A stretch of 57,843 bases of DNA, filler included, from Stramenopiles sp. TOSAG23-2 (GCA_900128395.1; 4 parts of 4 records of this genome joined end to end with filler, not necessarily neighbours in it); one strand, 5' to 3'; shown: positions 34,100 through 45,410, counted from the whole stretch's first letter. Notes: a model not told the origin generated them from the letters alone. Translations and numbers: made by a program.

Positions 34100-34949
34100 C
34101 TTCACATCAATGCTCTGCTGTGCTCTTCTGTGCCGCTTTGATTGCTGGATTGCTGGATTGCATTGCCAGGATTGCCTGTATTGCCCGAAAAAGGATCGCC
34201 AGATTGCGATGATGGTGCAAGTTATTTTTCCACCCAGACTCCCAGACTGTCCGCTGTGCTCCGCTCCCAATGATTTTCAGCAGATGATTAAAAAATATTG
34301 AACGCCATACTTAATGCCTTTTTACCCTATGAAAAGACTATCACCGATCGACCTATAAGCTATAACCTGTAACAAACAAAGAAACTGCATGGGGGGGGAA
34401 ACCTTATGTAGAAACAACACAGCCTTTTTCACAGTATATCACTCTATCAATATTATAGTAAGCACCTGTAAATGAAAAAACAAATGAAAACTATCGAACA
34501 TTACCCACCCCTACCTGCATTCCAATGCTGAGATGCTGCTAGCTCTGTGATGTCTAATAGTGCACCAGGCATCAGGATGATTGTTCCGTTTTCATTTCAA
34601 TTACATGAAATGAAATACATTATGGAAATAATTATGTACCACTACGCACATTAAAATGAAGTTATTTGTTAATACTAATACGATATAATACTGCCAGACA
34701 ATAGATACAAGTATGTTACATATAACTTTGGCATATTATTAAAATTACGACGAAAAAATTGCGCACAAAAAAATTAAAATACTACTACTACAACATACCA
34801 GGCATACACACACAATAATATACACACACGTACTTTTATAACATAAGTTACTTGTCTATTATACAAACATACATATATACCCAAAAACAAACTACAAATT
34901 GTGATAGTATTCCAATAATACATTCGTTAGGTTGATAAAGCAATTATAG

Positions 34950-37900
34950 ATGATGATGAATGAACGTACAGAAACAATTAAAAACAATTATACAGTGAAA
35001 CATCTTCACCATCATACTACGTTAAATAAGAAAAAGCCTCATAAACATTATAAAAAACGTCCACCAAAGCTACCACATCTATCAAGCAATAGTAAAAAAC
35101 AAAATAAAATAAGCCCTGCATTTAATGGTAGCCCAACTAAACGAGGTAAATGGGTAGTAGAAGATGATATAAACAACGATATGTTAGTATTATCACCTGA
35201 AAGTGTTGACAATACAAGTACTACTAGTATAAATATATTTAATAATAATAATGCACAATTTGACGATGATGACTGCGATGACGACGATAATAATAGTAAT
35301 AATGTATACGAAGAAGAAGATGTATATGATGAAGACGATGATTATTATGATGACGACGATGAAGATAATGATAATTGGATGGAAGAATGGGGTGCAGTGA
35401 CTATTCAATCTTTATTTCGTGGACATCATGCTAGAAAACGAGTTAAACGTTTGAAAAAGCGAATGTTAAAAGTAAAACAAATGCGAAAACACAGAAGACA
35501 TCGAAAAAAACATAATAATGATAACAATAATAATAATAATAATTCTGAACAACAAAAACGGCGCAATAATAACCATGAGAAACATAAAAGTCATAATAAG
35601 AAAAAACGTCATAGAAATTATGACAACAATAATGATCAACATGGAAAACAACATCGTCGTCGTCGTCCTCATCAACAACAACAGAATAGTAACAACAAAA
35701 ACAACAACATCAATAATAATAATAATATTAATACACATGAAAAACCATCTTCCAATGATAATAATGATAATAATAATAATATGAAACATATAAATAATAA
35801 TAATAATGATAATAGTATTGTGAAACAATCCACAACAACGAATGAAAAACAAAGAACAAACATTATGATAAAACAACAACAACATTATAATAGTGATAAA
35901 CAAATCAATGTAAAACAAAAACAACTAAGCAATCCATCAAATGTAAACAAAAAACCGTCTCCATCATCATTGTCTCCATCATCATTATCTCCATCACTTC
36001 GTCCATCTACAGCAACTGTGCGTGATGCATTAGCACAATTATCAATAATACGTAGAAAAAATAATGCAAAATCACAAATTTTTGTAAAACATGCAAATGA
36101 AAAAGCTGTTGTAATTCAAAAAATATTCCGTGGATATTATGTACGATTAAATTTTATAAAAAAATTACGTATTAAATTAGAAATTGAGAAAACGAAGGAG
36201 AAATTATTTGAATTAAACCAAATAAAAGAAAAGACTGAAAACACGGCAGCTGTGGATATACAACGAATGATGCGAGGCAAATTAGGTAGGAAACAACTCG
36301 CGATACGAAGACGTGATAAGAAGAAACAACATGAAAATAAAAGTGCTATAAAAATACAATCCTTAGTTCGTGGATATCAATGTCGATGTGGAATCATTGA
36401 TTTAGTGGAAAAATTAACTGTCGAGGAGGAAAATAAAGAAAAAGAGGCAAAGCAAAAGAAAATAAAACGCCAAAAATTGCGAATTAAACATAAACATGCA
36501 AGGCAAATACAAAAAATCTATCGAGGTTATAATGTAAGGACAAATTTGTCCAAGATTATCACAAATAATGCGACAAGAGTACATGCAAAGGTTGGTAAAG
36601 ATAGCAATAATCACCGTATAAAAGAACAACATGAATGTCGCGAGGATAGTACTTCACCACCACCAGCATCATTGAAAAATAATTTATTCATCGTACGAAA
36701 CAATAGCAAAAAAAACAACAATATCATTCGACATCGTTCAAAAACAACATCACCTCAACCATTAATGATGAAAAACACAGATCATTCAAGTAAATTTTCA
36801 CCGTCTTCAAAGAATCATAAACGTAAACGGCGTGCACCGCAAGTTTTATTAACCACTGCAATGTTAAAATCTCAAAACAATAAAACGAGTAATTGCAATA
36901 GCAATGAGGATAGTGATCAAACAATGTCAAGTTCACCATCTCCCCCACCATTAATAACACATACCAATCCAAATGTTGCTACAATCAGACAAGCCCCAAA
37001 ACATAAATCTAAGAAAAAAGGATCAAAACAATTATTAGTTACAAGCCCGGTTGCTATGATAGATGTAGGGGCAAATAGTGATTCTACAATACAACATAAG
37101 CAACAATCTCCAAAATCTGCAGCAATACAAAAGAAAAAAGAAGCAAAAGCAAGATTTGAGCATCGCGCTAGAATTAACCCTATGGTTGATGAACCGGTAT
37201 ATGATTTTGAAAGCCTTTTGAGTGGATTGTGGGAAGGTGAATCATTGGATAATCATGGACATGTGACGACGATATTTGATTGTGTATTACGTTTTTATAA
37301 AGATACTAGCAATGGCCAGGCCATGATTGAAGGTAGAGCTAAGACGCGTTCTGGAAATGACGTTGGTGTTATAATAATGCAAGGCGTGTTTGACTGGGGA
37401 AGTAGTCGTTGTATATTAGTCGTTGAAGGTAAAAATTGCCAAGGTGGATATACATATATGGGTTGGTTAAGCCCTCCAACAGCAAATGGATCTATGGATA
37501 ATTTGTCGATGAGTTCAACGCTTCCAACAGATGTTCCATTATCACCAACAACATCAAGTATTCCAAGCAATGCCAATTTTGAAACCTCTGGTCATGGTGT
37601 TGGGTATACATTAGAAGCTAGCTTTCAACAATCCATGTTGCATTTGAAGAAGAAAAGCAATACGCGACGGTCTGAAATGAGACCGATACGGCAATTAATT
37701 AACAATGCTCGAAGTCGTGCAAATATTGGTCGTCCATCTTCAAATGATAGAACATCTTCTGCTAAGAAATTATTAGGTTCCATTGTAACAACACCAGAGA
37801 AACGAGTGGAAAAAATGATGACTGATGTATCAGCGATGTTATCTAATTTTAAATATCAAATGGAAGCAGTTGAACGGCAACGCACGGCAATGCGTAGAGA

Positions 37901-38981
37901 TAACAAGAATGACAACAATAAAAAAACATATAAAACAGAAGCAGTAAATGCTAATTCATCCGAAGAAATTAATTCAATCGTAGCTTTAATGACTGAATTG
38001 GAAGCTAAATTACCTACGGTGCAACAGCGTTTGTTATTATCCTCCTCCGACACTAATAAAATGGGTGGAAGTAGTACAAGTAATAAATCAATATGGAGTC
38101 CAAATTTTATACGCGGTAATAGCAAAGAAAGCAATCGTGCAAAATCATCAAAGATGAGTAACCATTTAGGTCTTGGCACCTTGGAAACAAATGTTCGAAC
38201 GGGGAGTAGTAGCAGCAATGTTAGTAATATAAGTTCAAGATTATCCGCTGAATTCGATGAAGACTTTGAGGAAGGCGATTTATCTTCCTCACCACCCACT
38301 GTACCAAGTAGTAGTCGTGAAAGTTCGCCAACAAGTGAAAGTGAACAACAATCACGTACAGTCACACCAATTCAATCGCATTATAAACATTTATTTTCTG
38401 GAGATCGTCAGCCACATGAATATGGCGTACATTGGAAAAGTTCTGCCTCTCCAATTAATCTTGTGAGTAAAATTAGAAGACGTACAACTCCTGGAATGTT
38501 TTTAGCACCTATGAATAGCGATAATACCAATAACAGTAATAATCGCAATATTAGAAAAAAAAAGAAAGTTAGTAGTAGTAGTAGTAATAATATGAAACAA
38601 CATAGGAAGCGATTGTCTTCGTCACAACGTCGTAATAATAATAACAATAATAATAGTGGTGGTAAATCTGGAAAAAAACGAAGTAGTAACAAAGAAATGA
38701 AAAATTATAAATCGACTAATCATCATAGTGGTAAAAAATCACCTCCTCCTGCTTCTGCTGCTGTTGTGAATAGTGATAAAACTATGTTAAAGAAAGAAAC
38801 ATCAAATTTATTGGGAAAATTAAAAATTCGAAACAAAGTTTTAGAAGCAGAGGCAGCAATTAAACGACGGCGTGAAAAGCAATATCAAATTGATGAAGAA
38901 AAATTTAAAAAAATGACACAACATTCAAAACGAAATTTATTAACAACAGTTGAAGAATATGATGATTTCGAGGGGTGGTAG
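34950..38981 (+). CDS. Large IQ-motif (calmodulin-binding) protein, mostly low complexity
   Basis: Five IQ motifs: IQSLFRGHHAR, IQKIFRGYYVR, IQRMMRGKLGR, IQSLVRGYQCR and IQKIYRGYNVR. Acidic and poly-N tracts plus one beta-rich folded segment (LSGLWEGES...YTYMGW). Confidence 0.85.
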   Translation: MMMNERTETIKNNYTVKHLHHHTTLNKKKPHKHYKKRPPKLPHLSSNSKKQNKISPAFNGSPTKRGKWVVEDDINNDMLVLSPESVDNTSTTSINIFNNNNAQFDDDDCDDDDNNSNNVYEEEDVYDEDDDYYDDDDEDNDNWMEEWGAVTIQSLFRGHHARKRVKRLKKRMLKVKQMRKHRRHRKKHNNDNNNNNNNSEQQKRRNNNHEKHKSHNKKKRHRNYDNNNDQHGKQHRRRRPHQQQQNSNNKNNNINNNNNINTHEKPSSNDNNDNNNNMKHINNNNNDNSIVKQSTTTNEKQRTNIMIKQQQHYNSDKQINVKQKQLSNPSNVNKKPSPSSLSPSSLSPSLRPSTATVRDALAQLSIIRRKNNAKSQIFVKHANEKAVVIQKIFRGYYVRLNFIKKLRIKLEIEKTKEKLFELNQIKEKTENTAAVDIQRMMRGKLGRKQLAIRRRDKKKQHENKSAIKIQSLVRGYQCRCGIIDLVEKLTVEEENKEKEAKQKKIKRQKLRIKHKHARQIQKIYRGYNVRTNLSKIITNNATRVHAKVGKDSNNHRIKEQHECREDSTSPPPASLKNNLFIVRNNSKKNNNIIRHRSKTTSPQPLMMKNTDHSSKFSPSSKNHKRKRRAPQVLLTTAMLKSQNNKTSNCNSNEDSDQTMSSSPSPPPLITHTNPNVATIRQAPKHKSKKKGSKQLLVTSPVAMIDVGANSDSTIQHKQQSPKSAAIQKKKEAKARFEHRARINPMVDEPVYDFESLLSGLWEGESLDNHGHVTTIFDCVLRFYKDTSNGQAMIEGRAKTRSGNDVGVIIMQGVFDWGSSRCILVVEGKNCQGGYTYMGWLSPPTANGSMDNLSMSSTLPTDVPLSPTTSSIPSNANFETSGHGVGYTLEASFQQSMLHLKKKSNTRRSEMRPIRQLINNARSRANIGRPSSNDRTSSAKKLLGSIVTTPEKRVEKMMTDVSAMLSNFKYQMEAVERQRTAMRRDNKNDNNKKTYKTEAVNANSSEEINSIVALMTELEAKLPTVQQRLLLSSSDTNKMGGSSTSNKSIWSPNFIRGNSKESNRAKSSKMSNHLGLGTLETNVRTGSSSSNVSNISSRLSAEFDEDFEEGDLSSSPPTVPSSSRESSPTSESEQQSRTVTPIQSHYKHLFSGDRQPHEYGVHWKSSASPINLVSKIRRRTTPGMFLAPMNSDNTNNSNNRNIRKKKKVSSSSSNNMKQHRKRLSSSQRRNNNNNNNSGGKSGKKRSSNKEMKNYKSTNHHSGKKSPPPASAAVVNSDKTMLKKETSNLLGKLKIRNKVLEAEAAIKRRREKQYQIDEEKFKKMTQHSKRNLLTTVEEYDDFEGW

Positions 38982-39143
38982 AAGTGTAAAACGTACGAAG
39001 TATATGAGAAAAGTTAGGAAACAGGAAACAAACTACGAAGTACAAATTAATCTAGAAACAAAATGTTCTTTATAAAAAATATTATAAAAAACCACATTTT
39101 TATTAGAGTGTATTTTCCACGAGAAAAGAGTAACATTATTTTT

Positions 39144-39165
39144 TATAACTTAGATTTTAACCATC
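39144..39165 (-). repeat. Dispersed AT-rich repeat fragment
   Basis: TATAACTTAGATTTTAACCATC is the exact reverse complement of 14868-14889. A gapped variant lies at 55911-55935. Confidence 0.65.
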
Positions 39166-39357
39166 ATTTTATAAAAAATCACATATATGATATCATATTT
39201 TTTACATACGAGCGTATTTTTTACGAAAACGTTCGCGTATATTTTTACCACCTCGGGGTACACAACACCATCACGCACGAAAACACGAAACAATGCAGAG
39301 CGCATTTTCACAACCTTTTTATACACTCTCACGCACACTCTATACTTTTATATTTTT

Positions 39358-41505
39358 TTACTCTTCCATATATGCTTCCACAATTTGAAACAATGATTGT
39401 TCCATTTCAATAATATCGTCATTGGTCAAACCTTGTCCTTTTACATATTCAAACATAATTTTTTGTGGGCGACTTTTAAGGCCTGCTAATGTACCTTGGA
39501 GCATTGGTACCAAGTCACTACTGCTACGAACAACAGCTAATGTGGATAAAAATCGTTCATACTTATGTTCATCATCTTTATCATCTATTACCTCTCCATT
39601 GTTCTTATTATTACTTTGTCCTTGTTTGCTTTCAACAATTCCACTATTATTATTATCATTACTATTAATACCTGTATCATCCCGTTCCATAGTTATATCT
39701 CTTGGATAAAATCGTTTTGGTACAATTGTTGGGCACTTATTTGAAAATCCAATGATACGTCTAGGATCACAACGTGTTCGTGATAATTGCTTCAATAATA
39801 ATACTTCACATGGTAATGATGGGTATTCCTTATCTACGATACCTCGTACGGTTCCCATCATGCCATACGTAAGCGGTTTTCGTTCTTTTTTATATGATAA
39901 TCCTTCCTCCTCTTCGTTGCTCTTTAACGTTTTCACTTCTTCGGAAACTACACATTCTGGTGAAAATGATAACATATTATTTTTTTCACTCCATTTTTCT
40001 ACTGGTGGTGCGTTGGTTAGATATTGATTAAAATCCATCGTCATTCGTTTCATCTCACTATCATCACGTCTCATATTTCCATATCGTTCTATACTACCAT
40101 AATCTCCATCAATGTATAAATTTTTTGTCACTGTTTTCATATTGATAAAACTATTGCTATTTGAATTATTATTGGTTTTCATTAATACATTTGTTTGTCC
40201 CCGTATTGGGCACGAGAGGGATAATGATGCAACATTGCGTCTAGCATTTCTATTTGCAATCGTTGTACATGCACGTGTGAATTCAAATTGTGTACGTGTT
40301 GTTTTACGAAATGGTAACGTCATCGAATCAATCGCTAATCCTAACATACAATATCGATGGTGGTTAATTTGTGAATCATAATTTAAATATCTTGTCACAA
40401 CACTTTCCCAACTTCCACCTAGAGATAATGGCAAATACAATGTACTAAGGGATGTTAATTGTGCCATTGCTATACCGACATTGATATTGCGTTTTGATTG
40501 TCGATTTGCAACATTACTACTAATGTAAGAATAATTTGCTGATTTATTATTTAACCCTTCACCCCATTTTTTCGGTGTCAAACCATATGTTATAATACAC
40601 GAGGAACGACACTCTTCTTTTACTTCTTCTAAAAACTTTTCACAAAAACCACCAAAACCGGAATCAATATCTACAAATACTTGAAATCCTTGTACACGAT
40701 CACAATGTTCCAATTGAAACCGCAATCCATCTAAATATAAATCAGCTTCCTCTGTAGATGACATGACTTCATAACCATAGGACCAAACATCAAATGGTGT
40801 TGTATTCGTTACGTTTGGTATTTCATAGATTGATTTACGATGAAATTTTGGTCTCCATCCATCCGACCATTTACTTGGTGGTCGACTTGATTCAATCGCC
40901 TTTTTAATTTTCTCTGGATCCATCATGTTATTTTGCTGTTGCTGTTGTTGTCGTTGATTTGTATGTTTATATGGCGTGCCACCTATATCAAAACGTTGCA
41001 TTGCGCCACCCCATGAATTCATCGATGTTTCTATAGCTGCTTGTACATTTTCTTGAAAAAAATTATATGAATTTAAATCAACTTGTTGATATCCTACTCC
41101 ATTCATCATTATATTACTATTATCAAATATTACACCACGTCCCGTTACATCTCGATCCATCGGGCGCATTAAATCAACTAAATTATGTTCTGCTCTTACA
41201 TCAAATAATATTGCCCTTGGAAATTCTCTGTCTTTTGAAACATTTCCCCCAAAATGTACACCTCGATCAATAATACTCGATGTTGGATGTGCTTGTATAT
41301 TTGCACCTCTTCCATATGGTCTTATAATTTCGTCTTGTAATTCCCAAAAAGTACGCGCAGCCCAATTTGATTCTGGACCAAATTGTAATGTAATAATTTC
41401 ACCACCATTTCCACTAGTTCGTGCATCAATGGTCGATGTAGATGCTTTACCTTTTGCAACTTTATTATTTTCCGATAAATTTGCAGTGGATGATGTAAAT
41501 TGCAT
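39358..41505 (-). CDS. MSTO1: Misato/DML1 tubulin-like protein
   Basis: GEIITLQFGPESNWAARTFWELQD, FPRAILFD, KWSDGWRPKFHRKS and LRFQLEHCDRVQGFQVFVDIDSGFGG are Misato segment signatures. Confidence 0.9.
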   Translation of the reverse strand: MQFTSSTANLSENNKVAKGKASTSTIDARTSGNGGEIITLQFGPESNWAARTFWELQDEIIRPYGRGANIQAHPTSSIIDRGVHFGGNVSKDREFPRAILFDVRAEHNLVDLMRPMDRDVTGRGVIFDNSNIMMNGVGYQQVDLNSYNFFQENVQAAIETSMNSWGGAMQRFDIGGTPYKHTNQRQQQQQQNNMMDPEKIKKAIESSRPPSKWSDGWRPKFHRKSIYEIPNVTNTTPFDVWSYGYEVMSSTEEADLYLDGLRFQLEHCDRVQGFQVFVDIDSGFGGFCEKFLEEVKEECRSSCIITYGLTPKKWGEGLNNKSANYSYISSNVANRQSKRNINVGIAMAQLTSLSTLYLPLSLGGSWESVVTRYLNYDSQINHHRYCMLGLAIDSMTLPFRKTTRTQFEFTRACTTIANRNARRNVASLSLSCPIRGQTNVLMKTNNNSNSNSFINMKTVTKNLYIDGDYGSIERYGNMRRDDSEMKRMTMDFNQYLTNAPPVEKWSEKNNMLSFSPECVVSEEVKTLKSNEEEEGLSYKKERKPLTYGMMGTVRGIVDKEYPSLPCEVLLLKQLSRTRCDPRRIIGFSNKCPTIVPKRFYPRDITMERDDTGINSNDNNNSGIVESKQGQSNNKNNGEVIDDKDDEHKYERFLSTLAVVRSSSDLVPMLQGTLAGLKSRPQKIMFEYVKGQGLTNDDIIEMEQSLFQIVEAYMEE

Positions 41506-42387
41506 ATTTTTTTTTTGATTAGTAAATAATTATTTATTTTGGATTCTTGCTATATTGTAGTAAGTTATTATTCAATATTTTTTGATAATCAAATTATTAT
41601 TAATTTTTCTTTTAATTATTATGAAATTTTTTTTTGTATTATTGTTTTTTGCTAATAACAATATGAACACAAGAAACTATATTATGAATGAAAGTAGTGG
41701 GGTGAACGACAACGTTGTATTTATCTTTTACCACTTTGATTTACAAAAGAAGTATATGCATGTTTATATGTAGATATTCTCCCTTCCCCACTCCCATTTG
41801 TTTTCCTCTCCTGTCATAGATATATATAAATCTTCATTATAGGCTTTAATGAAGAACACACACCACCTTTCGAAAGGTTGAAGTTAAAGTATATATGTTT
41901 AGTATACTTAACACGAACCTTGATAGGAGAACAAGAAAAGAAACCATAAAAAGTGGCAAGGGGGTGCGTTGGGGGGGGGACTCTGTAGTAGCGAAATTTA
42001 GTGAAATAGCTTTTATATTAAATACAATTTATACAACATATAATACATATAATATGAAACAAAATGGAAAGAAGATATCTTGTAACATAAAATAATATAT
42101 AATAAAAAGTGATAAATAATAATGGAGGGGACTCTTTCCCCCCTGTACAACTACTAACACTATACTTCCTCTCTGCATTTATTATTATACTTTTATTTGA
42201 TAATATGACAAATGAATTACTGAAGGAATAAAGTTGTTAATGCATGAAGGATAACGAATCCATCTCCACATTACATTCGTAAAATAAATAAAAGAACCTT
42301 CATATAAATATCAATTAATTTATTTGCAAGTAGTTGATCGGATGATTAGACAACAATTCTACAACGTATTACTATTAATTAAATACG

Positions 42388-43374
42388 ATGCCTCGCAAAA
42401 ATAAGATAAATGCAAAACGAAAAAAAGAAAGTGCGGGAACTAATAAAAATAATAATAGTGGTAGTAGCAGTATCCACTGTAGTCCAGCAAAGAAGAGACG
42501 GGTAGGTATTAAAAGACAATTATCAGAAGAATATGCTACTTCATTTGACATTCCAAGAAAAAAAGCAAGAGAAATTCTAAATGCAAATCCAATACTTCGA
42601 CAAAATGGACAACTAGAACAGCTTCGTCAAATGGGTTCTTTCGGTTTAGAAATGTTTCGAAAGGCCTACATAGAAGCGGATGCTATAGTCCCAAAAACAA
42701 TTGCTGCACCACCGATTACAAAATGTGCCGCTTGCCATAAGCAACCAACCACACCATTGAATATGCCTTGTAATCATCGGCATCTCTGTTTGGAATGTTC
42801 CCTTGGGTATCGTGAACGAAATAATAATATTTGCCCAGTTTGTAAAAAACCATCAAAAATCGATATGGTTGAGGAAACCAAAGCCACTACTACAACTTGT
42901 GAAATATGTTACAATGATTGGGAATCTGATTACATATTAAAAGTTACAGATAATTGTGATCATTATCTTTGTATAGGTTGTATGACTCGCAGTTTTAAAG
43001 AAGTTGCATCAAAAGATGTTACGTTTTTTAAAAATGGTGGAATAGAATGCCCAATGCCAAATTGCAAGCATATAACAGTAGATGGTAGTTTTAATCTTTT
43101 AGTAAATTTAGCAAAAACAGGGTTGCCTGATCCTCAAAATCGTACAAACCAAACTCCATTTACTGATATAGAAATACGGAAGTGTCAACGTTTCATGCAA
43201 CAATCGCGAATACCAAGCACGCAGCGAATAACTTGCATCAATCCATTATGTCAAGGTAAAGATGAAGATGGCGAATTATATATTCAAGATGTGGGTGAAG
43301 GAAAAGGTGCTGCTAAATTTATATGCAATTATTGCCAAAGTGAGAAATTTGCATTATGTTGTAAATGTAAAGAA
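42388..43374 (+). CDS. RBR-type E3 ligase-like protein (RING-HC + RING1 + IBR), 3' truncated
   Basis: CAAC..PCNHRHLCLEC..CPVC, then CEIC..CDHYLCIGC..CPMPNC, then CINPLC..CNYC..CCKC running into the gap. Confidence 0.8.
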
Positions 43375-43474
43375 NNNNNNNNNNNNNNNNNNNNNNNNNN
43401 NNNNNNNNNNNNNNNNNNTTAATTAATTAANNNNNNNNNNNNNNNNNNNNNNNNNNNNNNNNNNNNNNNNNNNN
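43375..43474. other. Artificial contig spacer (44N-TTAATTAATTAA-44N)
   Basis: Linker at 43419-43430. Confidence 0.97.
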
Positions 43475-43750
43475 TCTTTAAAAACATAATTCTATATGTA
43501 AACTCTCGGAGAAAAGTTAAATATATCACCTACGATATAAAAACTACGACATTTTATCAAAATTTTTTATGTTTCATGTTCCAAATGAAGATTTCTAGCT
43601 CCCGTTAAAATCGTTGTGAATGAAAATCGATTTGGAATTCTAGGCCTTTTTCAGGCTTGTTAACATACATTGCAAAATGGGGTATAATCAAAACAATATA
43701 TCTAGAGTCAAGCAAAATATTTATACAAAAGTAGTACGTTATCTCATTTC

Positions 43751-44235
43751 CACATGTATAGAGCCAAACTTAAGAGTAAGTTGATGACAACTGAGTATCA
43801 GGAACATACTTTACTAATGACGTTTCAATTGCATGTCAAAGTACCCTTACTATGCAATAGGCTTGTAAAACCTTAATAAAAGTGTCAAAAAATGTGCATT
43901 TTTGAGTGAAAATTCACTTTGGGTCTAGTGTTTCATGTAAATGTAATATTTATTTTGGTTGGAGTTTAGAGATACAAGTTATATATATAAACTACACATG
44001 TATAGAGCCAAACTTAAGAGTAAGTTGATGACAACTGAGTGTCAGGAACATACTTTACTAATGACGTTTCAATTGCATGTCAAAGTACCCTTACTATGGA
44101 ATAGGCTTGTAAAACCTTAATAAAAGTGTCAAAAAATGTGCATTTTTTAGTGAAAATTCACTTTGGGTCTAGCGTTTCATGTAAATGTGATATTTATTTT
44201 GGTTGGAGTTTAGAGATACAAGTTATATATATAAA
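43751..44235. repeat. Tandem direct duplication, 2 x 241 bp (period 244)
   Basis: 43751-43991 and 43995-44235 both begin CACATGTATAGAGCCAAACT and end GATACAAGTTATATATATAAA. About 5 substitutions. Confidence 0.92.
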
Positions 44236-44710
44236 GAGAGGATATGGTAGTTTATATGACTTCAAAATGTTGGGAATGATATTTGAAGACGTAATGCAAA
44301 TTTTATATATCTGATGAAATTTCTCAATTTTCGTACCCACTTTGGCGGAACTTTAAAAAATGAAAATAAAATTGGCAAAAATATGTGTGTTTGAGGTGTT
44401 ATAGAAATGTAGTATAAATTTCGTAGTCTAATTTACATATTTTTGTTATTTTTAATATATGGAAATAGCATTATAAAATTAGCATGGACACAGGCCTTTC
44501 AACATTTTACACTTGAAAAGTGTGTTTTTCTGCCATGTTTTCTGTTTTTCATTTCCTATCATATTTATACTTAATGTAGTCCTTTTCATATACTCAGTAG
44601 ATTTGTAGTGTTTGATATATTTGATAGGCCAGATTAGGTATTTTTTGTACTTGAGAGAAGGGCGAAAACTACCAAACTGGCAAACCTAGATTGTTTTTTC
44701 GAACACTTGT

Positions 44711-45250
44711 GCATGCCCAGTCTGTCCATTAATTACTTACGATAAATTTAGCACTACATAGCACTAAAAACAAGATTTCAGGTGAAAATATTTATCGTAA
44801 GTAAATGCATTATTTCTATACCTTGGTTTTTTAATTATGGAATTATATAGTCAAAATATTATATTATTTATAATTATAATAATATATTTTTATCAAATTA
44901 TATATCGGATATTTATTATAATAATTTTAAAGTGATACAATACTGGAATTTTGGGCATGAAATCATGATTCTCGGATTTTCATTTTTCATCAAATTGATT
45001 TCATGCCCAAAATGCCATGGTTTTATCACTTTAAAATTATTATAATAAATATCCGATATATAATTTGATAAAAATATATTATTATAATTATAAATAATAT
45101 AATATTTTGACTATATAATTCCATAATTAAAAAACCAAGGTATAGAAATAATGCATTTACTTACGATAAATATTTTCACCTGAAATCTTGTTTTTAGTGC
45201 TGTGTAGCGCTAAATTTATCGGAAGTAATTAATGCACAGACTGGGCATGC
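44711..45250. repeat. Long inverted repeat (foldback): 255-bp arms, 30-bp spacer
   Basis: 44711-44965 versus the reverse complement of 44996-45250: 9 mismatches and no indels by manual alignment. Confidence 0.95.
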
Positions 45251-45410
45251 CAGCCCGCCAGCGCATGCGCATCACGTTGTTTTGCCCAAAAAAAAAAAGG
45301 CAAAAAATATCATCGCTAAATTCTGTGCTCATAGAAAATCAAATCAAATTGAAACAATCAAACAAAGCAAGGAAAAAATCACATTATATTAATAACATAT
45401 ACTAAAACAA

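Noticed and set aside
35193..35924. Hydrophobic Ile/Leu-rich ORFs here and opposite other genes (for example 3206-3829, 6949-7299, 52984-53535)
   Set aside because: They are antisense translations of AAT/AAC/GAT-rich low-complexity coding sequence, not membrane proteins.
41866..41879. ACCTTTCGAAAGGT palindrome as a terminator hairpin
   Set aside because: Single short palindrome in a eukaryotic divergent intergenic region with no U-tract. It may be chance.
16744..43374. A ubiquitin or cell-cycle gene cluster (HERC-like, cyclin, RBR, plus the kinesin-6 further on)
   Set aside because: The genes lie on different concatenated contigs, so adjacency is an artefact of size sorting.
44620..44690. 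Possible Helitron 3' end (CTAG at about 44686)
   Set aside because: No convincing GC-rich hairpin about 11 nt upstream and no identifiable 5' TC terminus.
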